Program-made: the position numbers and the translations under genes
From: an uncultured Gemmatimonadales bacterium
Lineage (GTDB): Bacteria > Gemmatimonadota > Gemmatimonadetes > Gemmatimonadales > Gemmatimonadaceae
Assembly: GCA_963793305.1 (NCBI GenBank)
Contig: CAWBZV010000003.1
Location: forward strand, 1,376,001 to 1,440,000
Length of the DNA stretch: 64,000 nucleotides
Reading direction: 5' to 3'
Part shown: one piece after another, positions 38,885-49,125 of the stretch
Layout of the letters: each line of letters opens with the position of its first letter
How positions within the stretch are numbered: position 1 is the stretch's first letter
The notes under the pieces: generated by a model
The model's input: only the letters and a program-made list of their open reading frames with translations
What the model was told of the DNA's origin: nothing
Database searches by the model: none

Positions 38885-40225
38885 ATGAGCACGCAGATGA
38901 CCGCCGCGCGTCGCGGCGAGATAACCGACGCAATGGAGTTCGTAGCGAGACGTGAGTCCCTCTCGCCCGACGGTGTCCGCGCCGAAGTCGCCGCTGGTCG
39001 CCTAGTCATTCCGGCGAATATCCATCACCTCGCCGGCAAGCTCGAGCCGATGGCGATCGGCAACGTCGCCCGAGTCAAAATCAACGCGAATATCGGGACG
39101 TCGGCCGTGACGTCGAGCCTCGATGAAGAAGTCGGAAAGCTCGAGCTGGCCGTTCGCTACGGCGCCGACACGGTCATGGATCTCTCCACGGGTCATGACC
39201 TCGACAACATCCGGTCAGCGATTATCAACGCCTCGACGGTCCCCGTCGGCACGGTCCCGATCTATCAGGCCGTCCTGATGGGCAAAGAGCTCGAGGACCT
39301 CACGATCAACGATCTCCTGGCTGTCATCGAAACCCAGGCCAAGCAAGGCGTCGACTACATGACGATCCACGCGGGGATCCTGTTCGAGCACCTCCCACTC
39401 GTGCATGGCCGCATCACCGGCATCGTCAGCCGCGGCGGCTCGCTGCTCGGCGTGTGGATGATGCACCATCGGCGCCAGAACCCGCTGTACGAGTACTACG
39501 ACGACGTCCTCGACATCCTGCGCCAGTACGACGTGACGATCTCGCTTGGCGACTCCCTGCGCCCGGGCTGTCTCCATGACGCGAGCGATCGAGCGCAGTT
39601 CGCCGAGTTAGATACGTTAGGCGAGCTCACCCGGCGCGCCTGGGAGCACGATGTCCAGGTGATGGTCGAGGGCCCCGGCCACATCCCGATGGACCAGATC
39701 GAGATGAACGTCCGCCGCATGAAGGAGGTCTGCCACGGCGCGCCGTTCTATACGCTCGGCCCCTTAGTCGTCGACGTCGCTCCGGGGTACGATCATATCT
39801 CCAGCGCGATCGGCGCGGCGATGATCGGCTGGTACGGCGCCGACATGCTGTGCTATGTGACGCCGAAGGAGCACTTAGGGCTTCCAAACGCCGAAGATGT
39901 GCGCCAAGGCGTGATCGCGTACAAGATCGCCGCCCATGCGGCGGACATTGCGCGGGGCCGCCGAGGGGCGCGTGACCGGGACGACGCGTTGTCCCGTGCC
40001 CGGTATGGATTCGACTGGAACGAACAGTTCCGGTTGAGCCTCGACCCGGAGCGAGCGCGGGAATATCACGACGAGAGCTTACCTGCCGAGTACTTCAAGA
40101 GCGCCGAGTTCTGCGCGATGTGCGGGCCCAAGTTCTGCTCGATGCACCACTCGAGGACACTCGATGAGGGCATTGCCGAGCTGGCCCGGGAGAAGGATCT
40201 CGCCGCGTCGGGCGCTAGCACTTAG
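38885..40225 (+). CDS. thiC: Phosphomethylpyrimidine synthase
   Basis: [37 protein letters not shown]. Confidence 0.96.
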   Translation: MSTQMTAARRGEITDAMEFVARRESLSPDGVRAEVAAGRLVIPANIHHLAGKLEPMAIGNVARVKINANIGTSAVTSSLDEEVGKLELAVRYGADTVMDLSTGHDLDNIRSAIINASTVPVGTVPIYQAVLMGKELEDLTINDLLAVIETQAKQGVDYMTIHAGILFEHLPLVHGRITGIVSRGGSLLGVWMMHHRRQNPLYEYYDDVLDILRQYDVTISLGDSLRPGCLHDASDRAQFAELDTLGELTRRAWEHDVQVMVEGPGHIPMDQIEMNVRRMKEVCHGAPFYTLGPLVVDVAPGYDHISSAIGAAMIGWYGADMLCYVTPKEHLGLPNAEDVRQGVIAYKIAAHAADIARGRRGARDRDDALSRARYGFDWNEQFRLSLDPERAREYHDESLPAEYFKSAEFCAMCGPKFCSMHHSRTLDEGIAELAREKDLAASGAST

Positions 40226-40772
40226 CCTCGGCGCGGCGCTCCTCACCGCGTGCGCCTCCGGCGGGGCGCGGCCATCAGTCGCCCCATCGCCGGAGGCCGC
40301 GGCGGCTACCGATACGGGGTATTTGAGATCCCGCGGACTCATGATCCCGGTCCTCGGCGTCACGCTGGATCGCTTGAGCGACACGTTCTATGATCGCCGG
40401 GGCGACGAGCGTATACACCGCGCGATCGACATCCTGGCGCCGAAGGGCACGCCCGTGCTCGCGGCCGACGACGGCACGATCGTGCGCGTGTCGAGCAACA
40501 CGCTCGGTGGGCTCACGATCTACGCGATCGACCCGCTGCGGCGGCTCGTGTACTACTATGCGCACCTCGATCGGTACGACGTCATTGCCTACAAGGGCAA
40601 GGTGGTCGCCAAGGGCGACGTCATCGGCTACGTCGGCACCACGGGAAATGCCCGGGGCGGCCCGCCGCATCTCCACTTCCAGGTCATGCGCTACCGCGAC
40701 GAGCGCCGGTATTGGGACGGCGAGCCGATCGATCCGTTTCCGTACTTTGCGACCACAGGACAAGACCGCTAG
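40164..40772 (+). CDS. M23 family metallopeptidase lipoprotein
   Basis: Lipobox LTAC; HRAID, YAHL, PHLHF. Confidence 0.82.
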   Translation: MRALPSWPGRRISPRRALALSLGAALLTACASGGARPSVAPSPEAAAATDTGYLRSRGLMIPVLGVTLDRLSDTFYDRRGDERIHRAIDILAPKGTPVLAADDGTIVRVSSNTLGGLTIYAIDPLRRLVYYYAHLDRYDVIAYKGKVVAKGDVIGYVGTTGNARGGPPHLHFQVMRYRDERRYWDGEPIDPFPYFATTGQDR

Positions 40773-40782
40773 TTTTGCCAGC

Positions 40783-41046
40783 ATGCCCTACGTCATTACG
40801 GAAGCCTGCATCGGCGTGAAGGACAAGGCGTGCGTCGACGTCTGCCCGGTGGACTGCATCTACGAAGGAGAGCAGCAGCTCTTTATCCATCCGGACGAAT
40901 GCATTGATTGCGGGGCATGTGAGCCGGAGTGTCCGGTGACGGCGATCTTCCCCGAGGAAGACGTGCCGTCGACCTCCACGCAGTACGTCCAGATCAATCG
41001 CGACGTTTTCAAGAGCGCCACCCCGCCCGGGCGGCCTTCACGATAA
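40783..41046 (+). CDS. Dicluster ferredoxin (FdxA-like)
   Basis: MPYVITEAC...CVDVCPVDCI...CIDCGACEPECP. Confidence 0.92.
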   Translation: MPYVITEACIGVKDKACVDVCPVDCIYEGEQQLFIHPDECIDCGACEPECPVTAIFPEEDVPSTSTQYVQINRDVFKSATPPGRPSR

Positions 41047-41611
41047 GCAGCGCGACGAGCGCGGCATACTGCAAGAACGTGCTGCGCTCGCTCTTCCACG
41101 CCTCGCCCCAGTGGTGCTCGCCGGGGACGAAGCGCGCACCGATGTGCGGCCACCACCGCGCGGTCTTCACTTTGTAGGCGAGATACTCCCCGCCGAACGT
41201 CGACTCGAGTACGCCCTCCTCGTAGGCGACGATGAAATGGTACTCGACGGCGAACAGCGCGATCGCGACGATCGGGAACCACGGGATGCCTGACATGACG
41301 GCGAACCCGATCCAGATGAGCAGATTGCCGACGTAGAGCGGGTTGCGGGTCATTCCGAACACGCCCCAGTTGACGAGCTGCCGCACGTTGCGCGATCTCC
41401 GCCGCGTGACGGTGCCGGCCGCGGCCACGCCGGTGAGTCTAAAGGCCTCGCCCCAGATGATGAACCAAGCCCCGACGGCCCAGGTGAGCCACCACTGTCG
41501 TCCAGGCACGAGCAGCCCGATGACGACAATGGGCACTGGCAAAAAGCTCCGGTACCTGAAGAGCCAGGCCCCGATGCGCGCGGCGCGAGTCTGCTCGGCG
41601 GCGCTGATCAT
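41009..41611 (-). CDS. Isoprenylcysteine carboxyl methyltransferase/PEMT family membrane protein
   Basis: LFRYRS, RNPLYVGN, YEEGVL...FGGEYLAY. Confidence 0.8.
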   Translation of the reverse strand: MISAAEQTRAARIGAWLFRYRSFLPVPIVVIGLLVPGRQWWLTWAVGAWFIIWGEAFRLTGVAAAGTVTRRRSRNVRQLVNWGVFGMTRNPLYVGNLLIWIGFAVMSGIPWFPIVAIALFAVEYHFIVAYEEGVLESTFGGEYLAYKVKTARWWPHIGARFVPGEHHWGEAWKSERSTFLQYAALVALLIVKAARAGWRS

Positions 41612-41790
41612 GATGGCGGGCGGCGCCGCTCACGGCCGAGCGTGACCCAGCCGAGCGCGCCGAGGATGGGCAGGACGAGCACGATGGTCGTCCACCATCC
41701 TTTCGCTTTGCGCGAATGTGCAGGGCTGTGCCAGATCGAGTACAGCGCCGCAAGGTCGCACGCGACCGTGGCGGCGATGAGCCACCCCAC
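41608..41790 (-). CDS. Small PLDc N-terminal-like membrane protein
   Basis: K-x-x-W...LPILG...W pattern; ATGA overlap with next gene; -10 box 6 nt upstream. Confidence 0.7.
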   Translation of the reverse strand: MGWLIAATVACDLAALYSIWHSPAHSRKAKGWWTTIVLVLPILGALGWVTLGRERRRPPS

Positions 41791-41797
41791 CGGATCA

Positions 41798-41832
41798 GTC
41801 TAGCAGGTTGCCGAACACGGCACCTGCTAGAC
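41798..41832. terminator. 15-bp stem hairpin (terminator-like or operator)
   Basis: GTCTAGCAGGT-T-GCCG AACA CGGC-ACCTGCTAGAC; no U-tract. Confidence 0.45.
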
Positions 41833-41867
41833 CGGGTCGGTTGAACTGAGCTCTCCTACGTCGAGCT

Positions 41868-42764
41868 CTAAGTCGCGGGTCGATCGCACGTCGCCAAATC
41901 TGGCGTGACGGCGCGCGCATTGAAAGTGACCCACAGCAACGTGGGCCCACGCAGGGCCAACGCGACGGCGGCGGCTTTCGCCATGTACGTATCGTCCAAC
42001 GGTAACCCAATCTCGGCCACTGCCTGTCGACCCCTGTCCAACGGTTTCCCGTACGCGCCGCCGTACGCCGTGTGATCTACACGAACCGGCACCGCGGGCA
42101 GCCCGGCCGCGCGGATCAGTCCCGGAATGCGCCACGGCGGCGCCGCGATCCACGGTACGACCCGTACGGCGGTCACGGTCGTCCTGATGCCCGCGACGCC
42201 CAAGCCCATGGCAATACCCGCCGCCGTTCCACCAGTGCCAAGCGGCACCACGATGGTGTGGGGTGTTGGGAGCTCGCCTCGCTGGATCTGCCCCGCCAAC
42301 TCGCGCCCGGCCTCAATGTGACCCAGTATCCCGAGCGGTGATGTCCCCCCAATGGGGACATAACACCGCGCGCCGCGATGGAGCGCGTACCGCGCGAGCG
42401 CGGCGAGCGTGTGAGATGTCTCGATGGCGGTGCAGCGGGCGTGTATCTCTTGGGCGACCGCCAGCGCCGTGGGATTCATGACCTGAGGCCACGTATACGC
42501 AATGGTCCGGGCCCCGAGTCGAGCCGCGTGGACCGCGGTCGCGAGCACGTGAGTCGAGCCACGCGAGCCGAGCGTGACGACCGTGTCACCCGGCGTGACC
42601 GCGCCGAGAAGAAACTCGAGCGCACGGACCTTGTTGCCGCCGCACACCGCGGCATTCAGGTCATCGCGCTTGACCCAGATCCGGCCACGGACCTCGACGG
42701 GAGTCGGAAACGTCCCAAGGCTGGCTCTTACGCTAGATTCCTCGAACCGTGCTTGAACCGCCAC
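41868..42764 (-). CDS. D-cysteine desulfhydrase/ACC deaminase family PLP enzyme
   Basis: KRDDL, GGNKVR, GSTH, GTGGTAAG, LDDTYMAK; start uncertain. Confidence 0.8.
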   Translation of the reverse strand: MAVQARFEESSVRASLGTFPTPVEVRGRIWVKRDDLNAAVCGGNKVRALEFLLGAVTPGDTVVTLGSRGSTHVLATAVHAARLGARTIAYTWPQVMNPTALAVAQEIHARCTAIETSHTLAALARYALHRGARCYVPIGGTSPLGILGHIEAGRELAGQIQRGELPTPHTIVVPLGTGGTAAGIAMGLGVAGIRTTVTAVRVVPWIAAPPWRIPGLIRAAGLPAVPVRVDHTAYGGAYGKPLDRGRQAVAEIGLPLDDTYMAKAAAVALALRGPTLLWVTFNARAVTPDLATCDRPAT

Positions 42765-43939
42765 GCGAGACCTCGCTCGTCTACCTGGACAGCCAGGCCG
42801 AAGTCGACCGCTTCCTAGCGGCGATCACCGGCACGCGCGAGTTGGCCCTCGACACCGAGGGCGCGAGCTTCCACCGCTTCGTGGATCGAATCTACCTGCT
42901 CCAGCTCTCGACCCGCGAGAAGAGCGCGATCATCGACCCGCTCCCGATCGGCTCGCCGGTCGGCCTCGGCCGCCTCCTGGAGGACGCGCACGTCGAGAAG
43001 GTCTTCCACGATGCCGACTACGACCTGCGGCTGCTGCACCAGGATTACGGTTGGCAAACGGTGAACATCTTCGACACGCGCGTCGCCGCGCAGCTGCTTG
43101 GCCTCAAAGCCTTCGGGTTGGCCGCGCTGCTCGAGCGCTACTTCGGCGTGAAGCTGGACAAAAAACACCAACGCGCCGATTGGTCCCTGCGACCGCTCAC
43201 GCCCGGCATGCTCGATTATGCCGCGCAGGACACCCGATACTTGCTCGACCTCCGCGATCGGCTCAAGGAGGAGCTGCACGCGACGGGCCGCTGGTCGTGG
43301 GCGGCCGAGGAGTTCGCGCGGCTCGACGGCACGCGATGGGATGACGAGGGCGACGGGCTCGCGTGGATGCGGATCAAAGGCGCCCGCGACCTCACGCGCC
43401 GCGAGCTCGCGTTGTTCCGCGAGCTGGTCCAGTGGCGCGACAGTGTGGCCAAGGTCCTGGATCGTGCGACGTTCCGCGTGGTCGGCAACGAGGCGTTGCT
43501 CACGGCAGCGCACGACGCCCCTCGCACCCGCGAGGCGCTCGCCGCGATCCGCGGTATGCCACGCGGCATAGTCGAAAGCCGCGCCAACGACGTTCTGGCG
43601 GCCATCGAGCGTGGCCTCGCCGAGCCCGACGCGAACTTGCCCCGCTTCCCAAAGGCCCCGCGCTGGGAGCGCGACCCGGACTTCGATGGCCGTGCCGCTC
43701 GCCTCAAGGCCATCCGCGACGCCGCGGCTTCGCGCCTGTCCCTCGATCCCGGCGTCCTCTTCTCTCGCGAGCGCCTCGAAGCGGTCGCCCGAGCCAACCC
43801 TCGCACGCCGGACGACCTGGCTCAGGTCAACGACGTCCGACGCTGGCAAGTCGACGTCCTCGGCGCTGAGTTCTTGAGAGTGCTCGCTGATGCCCCGGCC
43901 CCAGCGACTGTCGACGACTCGCCTTATCGCGACGGCTGA
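42749..43939 (+). CDS. rnd: Ribonuclease D
   Basis: LALDTE, FHDADYD, FDTRVAA, DWSLRPL, YAAQD; HRDC domains. Confidence 0.9.
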   Translation: MLEPPRETSLVYLDSQAEVDRFLAAITGTRELALDTEGASFHRFVDRIYLLQLSTREKSAIIDPLPIGSPVGLGRLLEDAHVEKVFHDADYDLRLLHQDYGWQTVNIFDTRVAAQLLGLKAFGLAALLERYFGVKLDKKHQRADWSLRPLTPGMLDYAAQDTRYLLDLRDRLKEELHATGRWSWAAEEFARLDGTRWDDEGDGLAWMRIKGARDLTRRELALFRELVQWRDSVAKVLDRATFRVVGNEALLTAAHDAPRTREALAAIRGMPRGIVESRANDVLAAIERGLAEPDANLPRFPKAPRWERDPDFDGRAARLKAIRDAAASRLSLDPGVLFSRERLEAVARANPRTPDDLAQVNDVRRWQVDVLGAEFLRVLADAPAPATVDDSPYRDG

Positions 43940-43943
43940 CGCG

Positions 43944-44270
43944 CTAGAAGCCTAGATACGCCCGGACGCGCGGCTCGATCCGATCCGGCGACCAGAAGGG
44001 CGTCCACACGAGATTGATGGCCGCATCGCCGACGCCAGGCATCGACCGCACCTGCTGCTCTGCCTCCGTCATGATCTCAGGCCCGGACGGACACCCGGGC
44101 GAGGTCAGCGTCATGTCGACCGCGACCTTGTCTCCGTCGACTCTCACGTCGTAGATGAGCCCCAAGTCGACGATGTTGAGATTCAACTCGGGGTCCTTCA
44201 CCCGACGGAGCACTGCTTTGACGTGATCCGGCGTGAGGGCCAGGTCCTCTGGAGCGGGCGTCTCACTCAT
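43944..44270 (-). CDS. Metal-sulfur cluster assembly factor (DUF59/SufT-like)
   Basis: DPELNLNIVDLGLIY, TLTSPGCP, VWTPFW. Confidence 0.9.
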   Translation of the reverse strand: MSETPAPEDLALTPDHVKAVLRRVKDPELNLNIVDLGLIYDVRVDGDKVAVDMTLTSPGCPSGPEIMTEAEQQVRSMPGVGDAAINLVWTPFWSPDRIEPRVRAYLGF

Positions 44271-44280
44271 GGTACGAAAC

Positions 44281-45561
44281 CTACTTCGGGTGCTTCGCCC
44301 GCGCCTTGCGATGAGCCCGGTGTGCCGCACGAGAGCGGCGCGAGTGGCGAATCCGGCTGTTCCACCCGGACTCGCGATCGGCGCGGAACGCGACCGGCAT
44401 GGACAGGACCGCGCCAGGCTCGTCCGTGCACGCCACAGCCGCGGCGTCAGCCAGGTCAGCGCGCACGTCAGCGATAACGCGAGCGGGCCGGCGCGCACGA
44501 GCACCGTGCACGCGGTTGGTCAGCAGAATCACGAACATCTGTCGGTCCGGATCGATCCAGATCGATGTGCCGGTGAACCCGGTGTGTCCGTATGCGTGAC
44601 TGCCCATGAACCGCCCGCATCCGGCTTCACCGTCGCACGTATCCCATCCGAGCGCTCTCGTGCCCGCCGCACGCCGCGTGAACAGCGCGACAACGGAGTC
44701 GCTCACGATGCGTGTGCCATTGTATACGCCGCCATTGAGCAGCATCTGCGCGAACACCGCGAGATCCGAGGCGGTTGAGAACATGCCGGCATGTCCCGCG
44801 ACGCCACCCATGGCGAACGCATTCTCGTCGTGCACCTCGCCTTGCAGCGGATAGCCACGCGGCGGATTGAGCTCGGTCGGCGCGATGCGCCATTTGAGCG
44901 CCGCATCAGGCCGATAATACGTGTCCGTCATACCGAGCGGCCCGAATACCCGCTCTTGTAAGAACACGTCCAGCGTCTCGCCAGTGACCGACTCGACAAT
45001 CATGCCGAGGAGATCGGCGCCGAGGTCGGAGTAGATGTAGCAATCGCCGGGGCGACACTCGAGTTGCGTCTCGAGGATGTATTGCTTGGCTTGGTCGGGG
45101 TCGTGGGTGAGGCGCCACAGATCGCGCCCGGCGGGCAACCCCGAGCGATGCTCCAGCAGTTGCCGCACGGTCACCGAGTCTTTGTAGCCACCCGTGAACC
45201 CGGGGAGATACGAGACGACTGGTGCGTCGAGCGAGACGCGCCCTTCGTCGTACAAGATCATGATGGCCGTGGTCGTCCCGACGACTTTCGAGAGCGAAGC
45301 CAGATCGTAGATGGTGCTGTCGGCCGAGACGTGCTCGCTCGAGGTCTCCCACGAGAGACGGCCGAACCCATGCTCCCACACCAACGCCCCTTTGCGGCCG
45401 ATGACGACAGAAGCCCCGGGGAACCCCCCAGCCTTGATGCCGCGCGCGATCACCCGGTTGATGGCGTCGAGGCGCCGTTCGGACATGCCGACGGCGCTCG
45501 GGCTCTTAACGGGCAACCCGGACGATGACGAAAAAACGGCCGCAACTACGAGGGGTAGCAT
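44281..45561 (-). CDS. Serine hydrolase, beta-lactamase-related family
   Basis: ASLSK (SxxK), YSD, GEVHDENA, GHAG, GHTGFTG. Confidence 0.88.
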   Translation of the reverse strand: MLPLVVAAVFSSSSGLPVKSPSAVGMSERRLDAINRVIARGIKAGGFPGASVVIGRKGALVWEHGFGRLSWETSSEHVSADSTIYDLASLSKVVGTTTAIMILYDEGRVSLDAPVVSYLPGFTGGYKDSVTVRQLLEHRSGLPAGRDLWRLTHDPDQAKQYILETQLECRPGDCYIYSDLGADLLGMIVESVTGETLDVFLQERVFGPLGMTDTYYRPDAALKWRIAPTELNPPRGYPLQGEVHDENAFAMGGVAGHAGMFSTASDLAVFAQMLLNGGVYNGTRIVSDSVVALFTRRAAGTRALGWDTCDGEAGCGRFMGSHAYGHTGFTGTSIWIDPDRQMFVILLTNRVHGARARRPARVIADVRADLADAAAVACTDEPGAVLSMPVAFRADRESGWNSRIRHSRRSRAAHRAHRKARAKHPK

Positions 45562-45703
45562 GGCTTATGGTTATCCTGCTGGCCTCAACTAGCATACGCC
45601 ATGCTAGCCGAGCCCGTTTATCAATTGTTGGCGCAAACCCATAAATACAATGGAGTTGGCGCTTTAGTCAAATATATACACGTGACGACGCTGTTGGCTC
45701 CCG

Positions 45704-45730
45704 GCAACCATCAGGTGTGGCGTCCGTGTC
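45704..45730 (+). promoter_or_regulatory. Candidate ECF autoregulatory promoter
   Basis: GCAACC-N15-CGTGTC (AAC-N16-CGT) just upstream of the ECF sigma gene. Confidence 0.4.
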
Positions 45731-45746
45731 TCACTGACAGCGCAGG

Positions 45747-46313
45747 ATGAACACGGACGACGAGCTCGTACGGCGCGCCATCGAAGGCGATGAGCGGGCG
45801 ATGCGGCAGCTATGGTCGCTGCACGCCCCCCGTATTGACGCGCTCGTTCGCCGGCTCATCCCCGACCCGGACCGGGCGGCCGACGTGGCGCAGGAAGTCT
45901 GGATCCAGATTTTCCGGGCGTTGCCGTCCTTTCGGGGTGACTCACAGTTCGCTACGTGGGCGCATCGGATCGCGGTCAACGGGACGCTGAACGCTATCCG
46001 GCGCGCCAAGCGGGTCGACTTCGCGGAAGCGGGCGGGCCCGTTCAGGAAGACACGGTCGCGGTCGAACCGGATGACGAGGCGCCATTCGTGCGGGCGTCG
46101 ATCATCGAGGCCGCGAATCGATTGGCGCCAGGGGCGCGAACCGTTTTCGTGCTCCATGACATCGAAGGGTACACGCACGAAGAAATTGCCGAATCACTAG
46201 GAATCACGCCGGGCGGATCGAAGTCGCAACTGTTCAAAGCGCGGGCAAAGCTCAAGCGATGGCTCGCGCACCTCGTCGATGGAAAGACACGCGATGCACA
46301 CACACCTGTCTGA
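45747..46313 (+). CDS. ECF RNA polymerase sigma factor
   Basis: DVAQEVW, FRGDSQFATW, EGYTHEEIAESLGI...SKSQLFKAR. Confidence 0.92.
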   Translation: MNTDDELVRRAIEGDERAMRQLWSLHAPRIDALVRRLIPDPDRAADVAQEVWIQIFRALPSFRGDSQFATWAHRIAVNGTLNAIRRAKRVDFAEAGGPVQEDTVAVEPDDEAPFVRASIIEAANRLAPGARTVFVLHDIEGYTHEEIAESLGITPGGSKSQLFKARAKLKRWLAHLVDGKTRDAHTPV

Positions 46314-46974
46314 TCACCTGTCGGCCGAGCGGCTAGCGGCGCTCGCCGACGATGAGCTCACCACGAGCGAGGCCGCGCACGTGGCCTCGTGTCCGCAGTG
46401 CGCGGCGGATCTGGCCGCGCACCGGCGACTCCTCGCGCGCGCTCGCGAGGAAGGGCAGATACCGAGCGTCCCGTTGACCCGGTGGGAAACGCTGGCGCCC
46501 CAGTTGGCGGCCGCGGGACTCATCCGGCGACGGGCGCTCCGGTGGCCCGTGCGCATCGCGGCCGCGCTGGTCTTCACCGCGGGTGGAACGCTCGTCGGCC
46601 GATACACGGCGACGCCGCGTGTCGTGGCCCAGGCGTCCGTCGCGGCTGACAACATCGACGACTCGATGCCGATCTTTCGCTCGGCCGCCGAGGCCTTGGC
46701 GACGCTCAACCGCGCCGAGCGGGATTATCGTCATGCGTCGGCGTACCTCGTGGCGCAGAATCCGGAGACGACCGTTTCGGATCGCCGCGATGCCTATCGC
46801 GCGCGACTGGCGGCGCTCGATGAGGTGGCGCAGGCGACCGCGGCAGGGCTGCAGGAAGTTCCCAATGATCCGGTGCTCAATCAGTACTACTTGTCCACGG
46901 TTGGCGCGCGGAACGCGACGTTGCGGCAGTTGAAGGGCGCGCTCCCGGTCGGCTTCCGGCTGGAGCGGTACTGA
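46294..46974 (+). CDS. Zinc-finger anti-sigma factor
   Basis: HVASCPQC (HxxxCxxC), one TM helix, overlaps the sigma gene. Confidence 0.8.
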   Translation: MHTHLSDHLSAERLAALADDELTTSEAAHVASCPQCAADLAAHRRLLARAREEGQIPSVPLTRWETLAPQLAAAGLIRRRALRWPVRIAAALVFTAGGTLVGRYTATPRVVAQASVAADNIDDSMPIFRSAAEALATLNRAERDYRHASAYLVAQNPETTVSDRRDAYRARLAALDEVAQATAAGLQEVPNDPVLNQYYLSTVGARNATLRQLKGALPVGFRLERY

Positions 46975-47690
46975 TGCGCGGAGTCGTGATCGGGCTGCTG
47001 CTCGCTGCCGGTGCGGTCGGTGCGCAGGAACCCGAAGGGTATTTGGGCATCGCGTTCACCTGTCCGCTCAAGCGGATCGAGGACGCGAGCGGCGTCCGGG
47101 TCATCCATCTCGCGTACCCCGCGGTCGAGTCGGTCGAGCCGGGGTCCCCGGCCTCGCTCGCTGGCATTAGCGCCGGCGACACCATCCTCGCCTACGACTC
47201 GGTCGACGTCGTGAACCACGAGCTGTCTCTGACGCAGATGCTGCGTCCCGGCCGCCGCGTTCGCATTCGGGTTCGCCGGAATGGCTCCATCAGAGAGGTC
47301 CAAGTCCGCGTGGCCGCGCGGCCAATGACTTACATCGAGGAGCCCGTCGGCACGCTCCACCCTCGATTCATGGGCCCGATCCTCGCGCTCCCCTCGCCCG
47401 ACCAGATCGGCGCTGCCGGTGCCGCGCTCATTCGCACCAACGACGACCTGCTCGCCGCGCTCGGCGCGCCCAGGGGCTCAACTGGCGTCCTCGTGGTGCA
47501 CGTCACCCAGGGCACGCCCGCCGACGCCTCGGGGCTTCGCGCCGGCGACGTCGTGCTCAGCGCCGAGGGGCACAACGTGAACGATCCCGAGGCTCTCGCC
47601 CAGCTCATCGCACTGCCGCCGGGTGACGCCGTGACGCTGCGCGTCTACGGGAACCACCGGGTCCGCACAGTGACGCTGCGGCCCCAGTAG
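46974..47690 (+). CDS. Secreted two-PDZ-domain protein
   Basis: Signal peptide; GYLGI...PGSPASLAGISAGD and GTPADASGLRAGD; no protease domain. Confidence 0.8.
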   Translation: MRGVVIGLLLAAGAVGAQEPEGYLGIAFTCPLKRIEDASGVRVIHLAYPAVESVEPGSPASLAGISAGDTILAYDSVDVVNHELSLTQMLRPGRRVRIRVRRNGSIREVQVRVAARPMTYIEEPVGTLHPRFMGPILALPSPDQIGAAGAALIRTNDDLLAALGAPRGSTGVLVVHVTQGTPADASGLRAGDVVLSAEGHNVNDPEALAQLIALPPGDAVTLRVYGNHRVRTVTLRPQ

Positions 47691-47691
47691 A

Positions 47692-48483
47692 CTATTTGAC
47701 GCTGCCGGGCGGCAGAGTGTAGAGCAGCCGCATGGTCGCGCGATCCGCGTTGGACAGATCGCGGACCCGGACGCGGGCGGTCATGATGTTCGTCGTATCG
47801 TTGGAATGATCGAGCCCGAGCAGGTGCCCGACCTCGTGGAGCGCGATGGCGCGCACGGCCGAGGCGTCGAGCGCCTCCCCACGATTGTGGTGTAGGGCGA
47901 TCGAAATATTCGCGTCGACAATCCACCAGTTCTCGTCGCGCGCCCACATCGTCTTGCCGCTGATCTGCTCGTCAAAGTGATCGCGCCACGTGACGTGGAC
48001 GTCCGCGTTCACCGAGTCCCTCGTGAACACGAACGCGACGGGCACGCCGGTATTCTGCCAGGTGACGAAGGCGTCGCGCGTCTGATCGACAAACTCGGGC
48101 TTCCAGTCGGCGATCGAATCGCCGGACTGAATCCACACCCGTAACGGATCGACCAGTCGCTCAGGCCACCGGGCGAGGGCCGAATCGCGCTCGGCGAGGA
48201 TATCGCCGATATACGTCCCAGGCTCCCCTTCCACGAGCCGCCGGCGGATGTCGGACAGATCCCGGGCGGGCGCGGCGTCGCGCGTGCGGCCACCGGTGAC
48301 AACGCCGGCATGCGCACCGGCGTCTGCGTCATCCGGCGCATTCGCCCGCGGCACGTCGGCAATGACCGCGGCGCTCTGGCGGGTCTCCGGCGCCGACCCA
48401 CGGCGCACAGCGTCCGCCTGCACAGCGATCCAACCACCCATCGCAACCGTAGTCACGACGAGCATCAAGTCGGTGCGCTTCAT
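47692..48483 (-). CDS. Matrixin-family zinc metalloprotease
   Basis: HEVGHLLGLDH followed by Met-turn NIM. Confidence 0.85.
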   Translation of the reverse strand: MKRTDLMLVVTTVAMGGWIAVQADAVRRGSAPETRQSAAVIADVPRANAPDDADAGAHAGVVTGGRTRDAAPARDLSDIRRRLVEGEPGTYIGDILAERDSALARWPERLVDPLRVWIQSGDSIADWKPEFVDQTRDAFVTWQNTGVPVAFVFTRDSVNADVHVTWRDHFDEQISGKTMWARDENWWIVDANISIALHHNRGEALDASAVRAIALHEVGHLLGLDHSNDTTNIMTARVRVRDLSNADRATMRLLYTLPPGSVK

Positions 48484-48612
48484 CCAGACCAAGACGACCA
48501 GGCGAGCCCAGGGGGCACGCCAGTAAGCAAACAGGGGTTTCGCGCCCGAATGGGCGCACTAACGTACACGCGGTGACGCCAGGAGTTCGCCACCAGGTCT
48601 AACCCAGTGTAT

Positions 48613-49091
48613 ATGCGCGGCTCACTCGTTCTGTTGGCAGCCCTCATGGCGTGCTCGGACTCGAGCGGGCCACCTCACGCGCCCCTTCTCACCACCCAAC
48701 TCTCGGCCACCTCCGCGAGCATCGGCGGCGGGGTGCTCGTCACATTGCTCGCGTCGAACCCGACCGACACCAGCGTGCGGCTGGCCTACGAGACGCTCGG
48801 CTACGCGGATTCAAGCTAGTGGGACAGGCGAATTGGCAAGGTGGCTTCACCGGCGGGTTCACGGGGGTGGACGACCAGGTCCTGGCGCCGGGTGACACCG
48901 CGACATTGGCCGAGGTCGGGATCGCGTTCAATGTCCCCACCGCCAATTCAGAGTTGTCTGGAGCCGTCACGCCGACCCAGGAGTACATCACACTCGAGCC
49001 GGGCTCGTACAGCGTGCGCGCATGTGTCGACGTGCCGTCCACGGGCGCGTCTATCTGCGGGAGCGGCACACCATTTACGCTCACGCAATAG
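48613..49091 (+). CDS. Ig-like lipoprotein (frameshift near 48805), paralog of next gene
   Basis: Lipobox LMAC; joining the two frames gives a protein colinear with 49126-49617. Confidence 0.6.
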
Positions 49092-49125
49092 GTGACTCCG
49101 TGCCAGGACCACCAGTCCTGGGACG

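Noticed and set aside
45589..45607. CTAGCAT-N5-ATGCTAG palindrome as a sigma-54 promoter
   Set aside because: The -24 position is AG instead of GG; it may be an operator but there is no further support
45628..45665. GCAAACC...TGG hairpin as a c-di-GMP-I riboswitch
   Set aside because: Lacks the GNRA loop, GACGCAAAG junction and second stem
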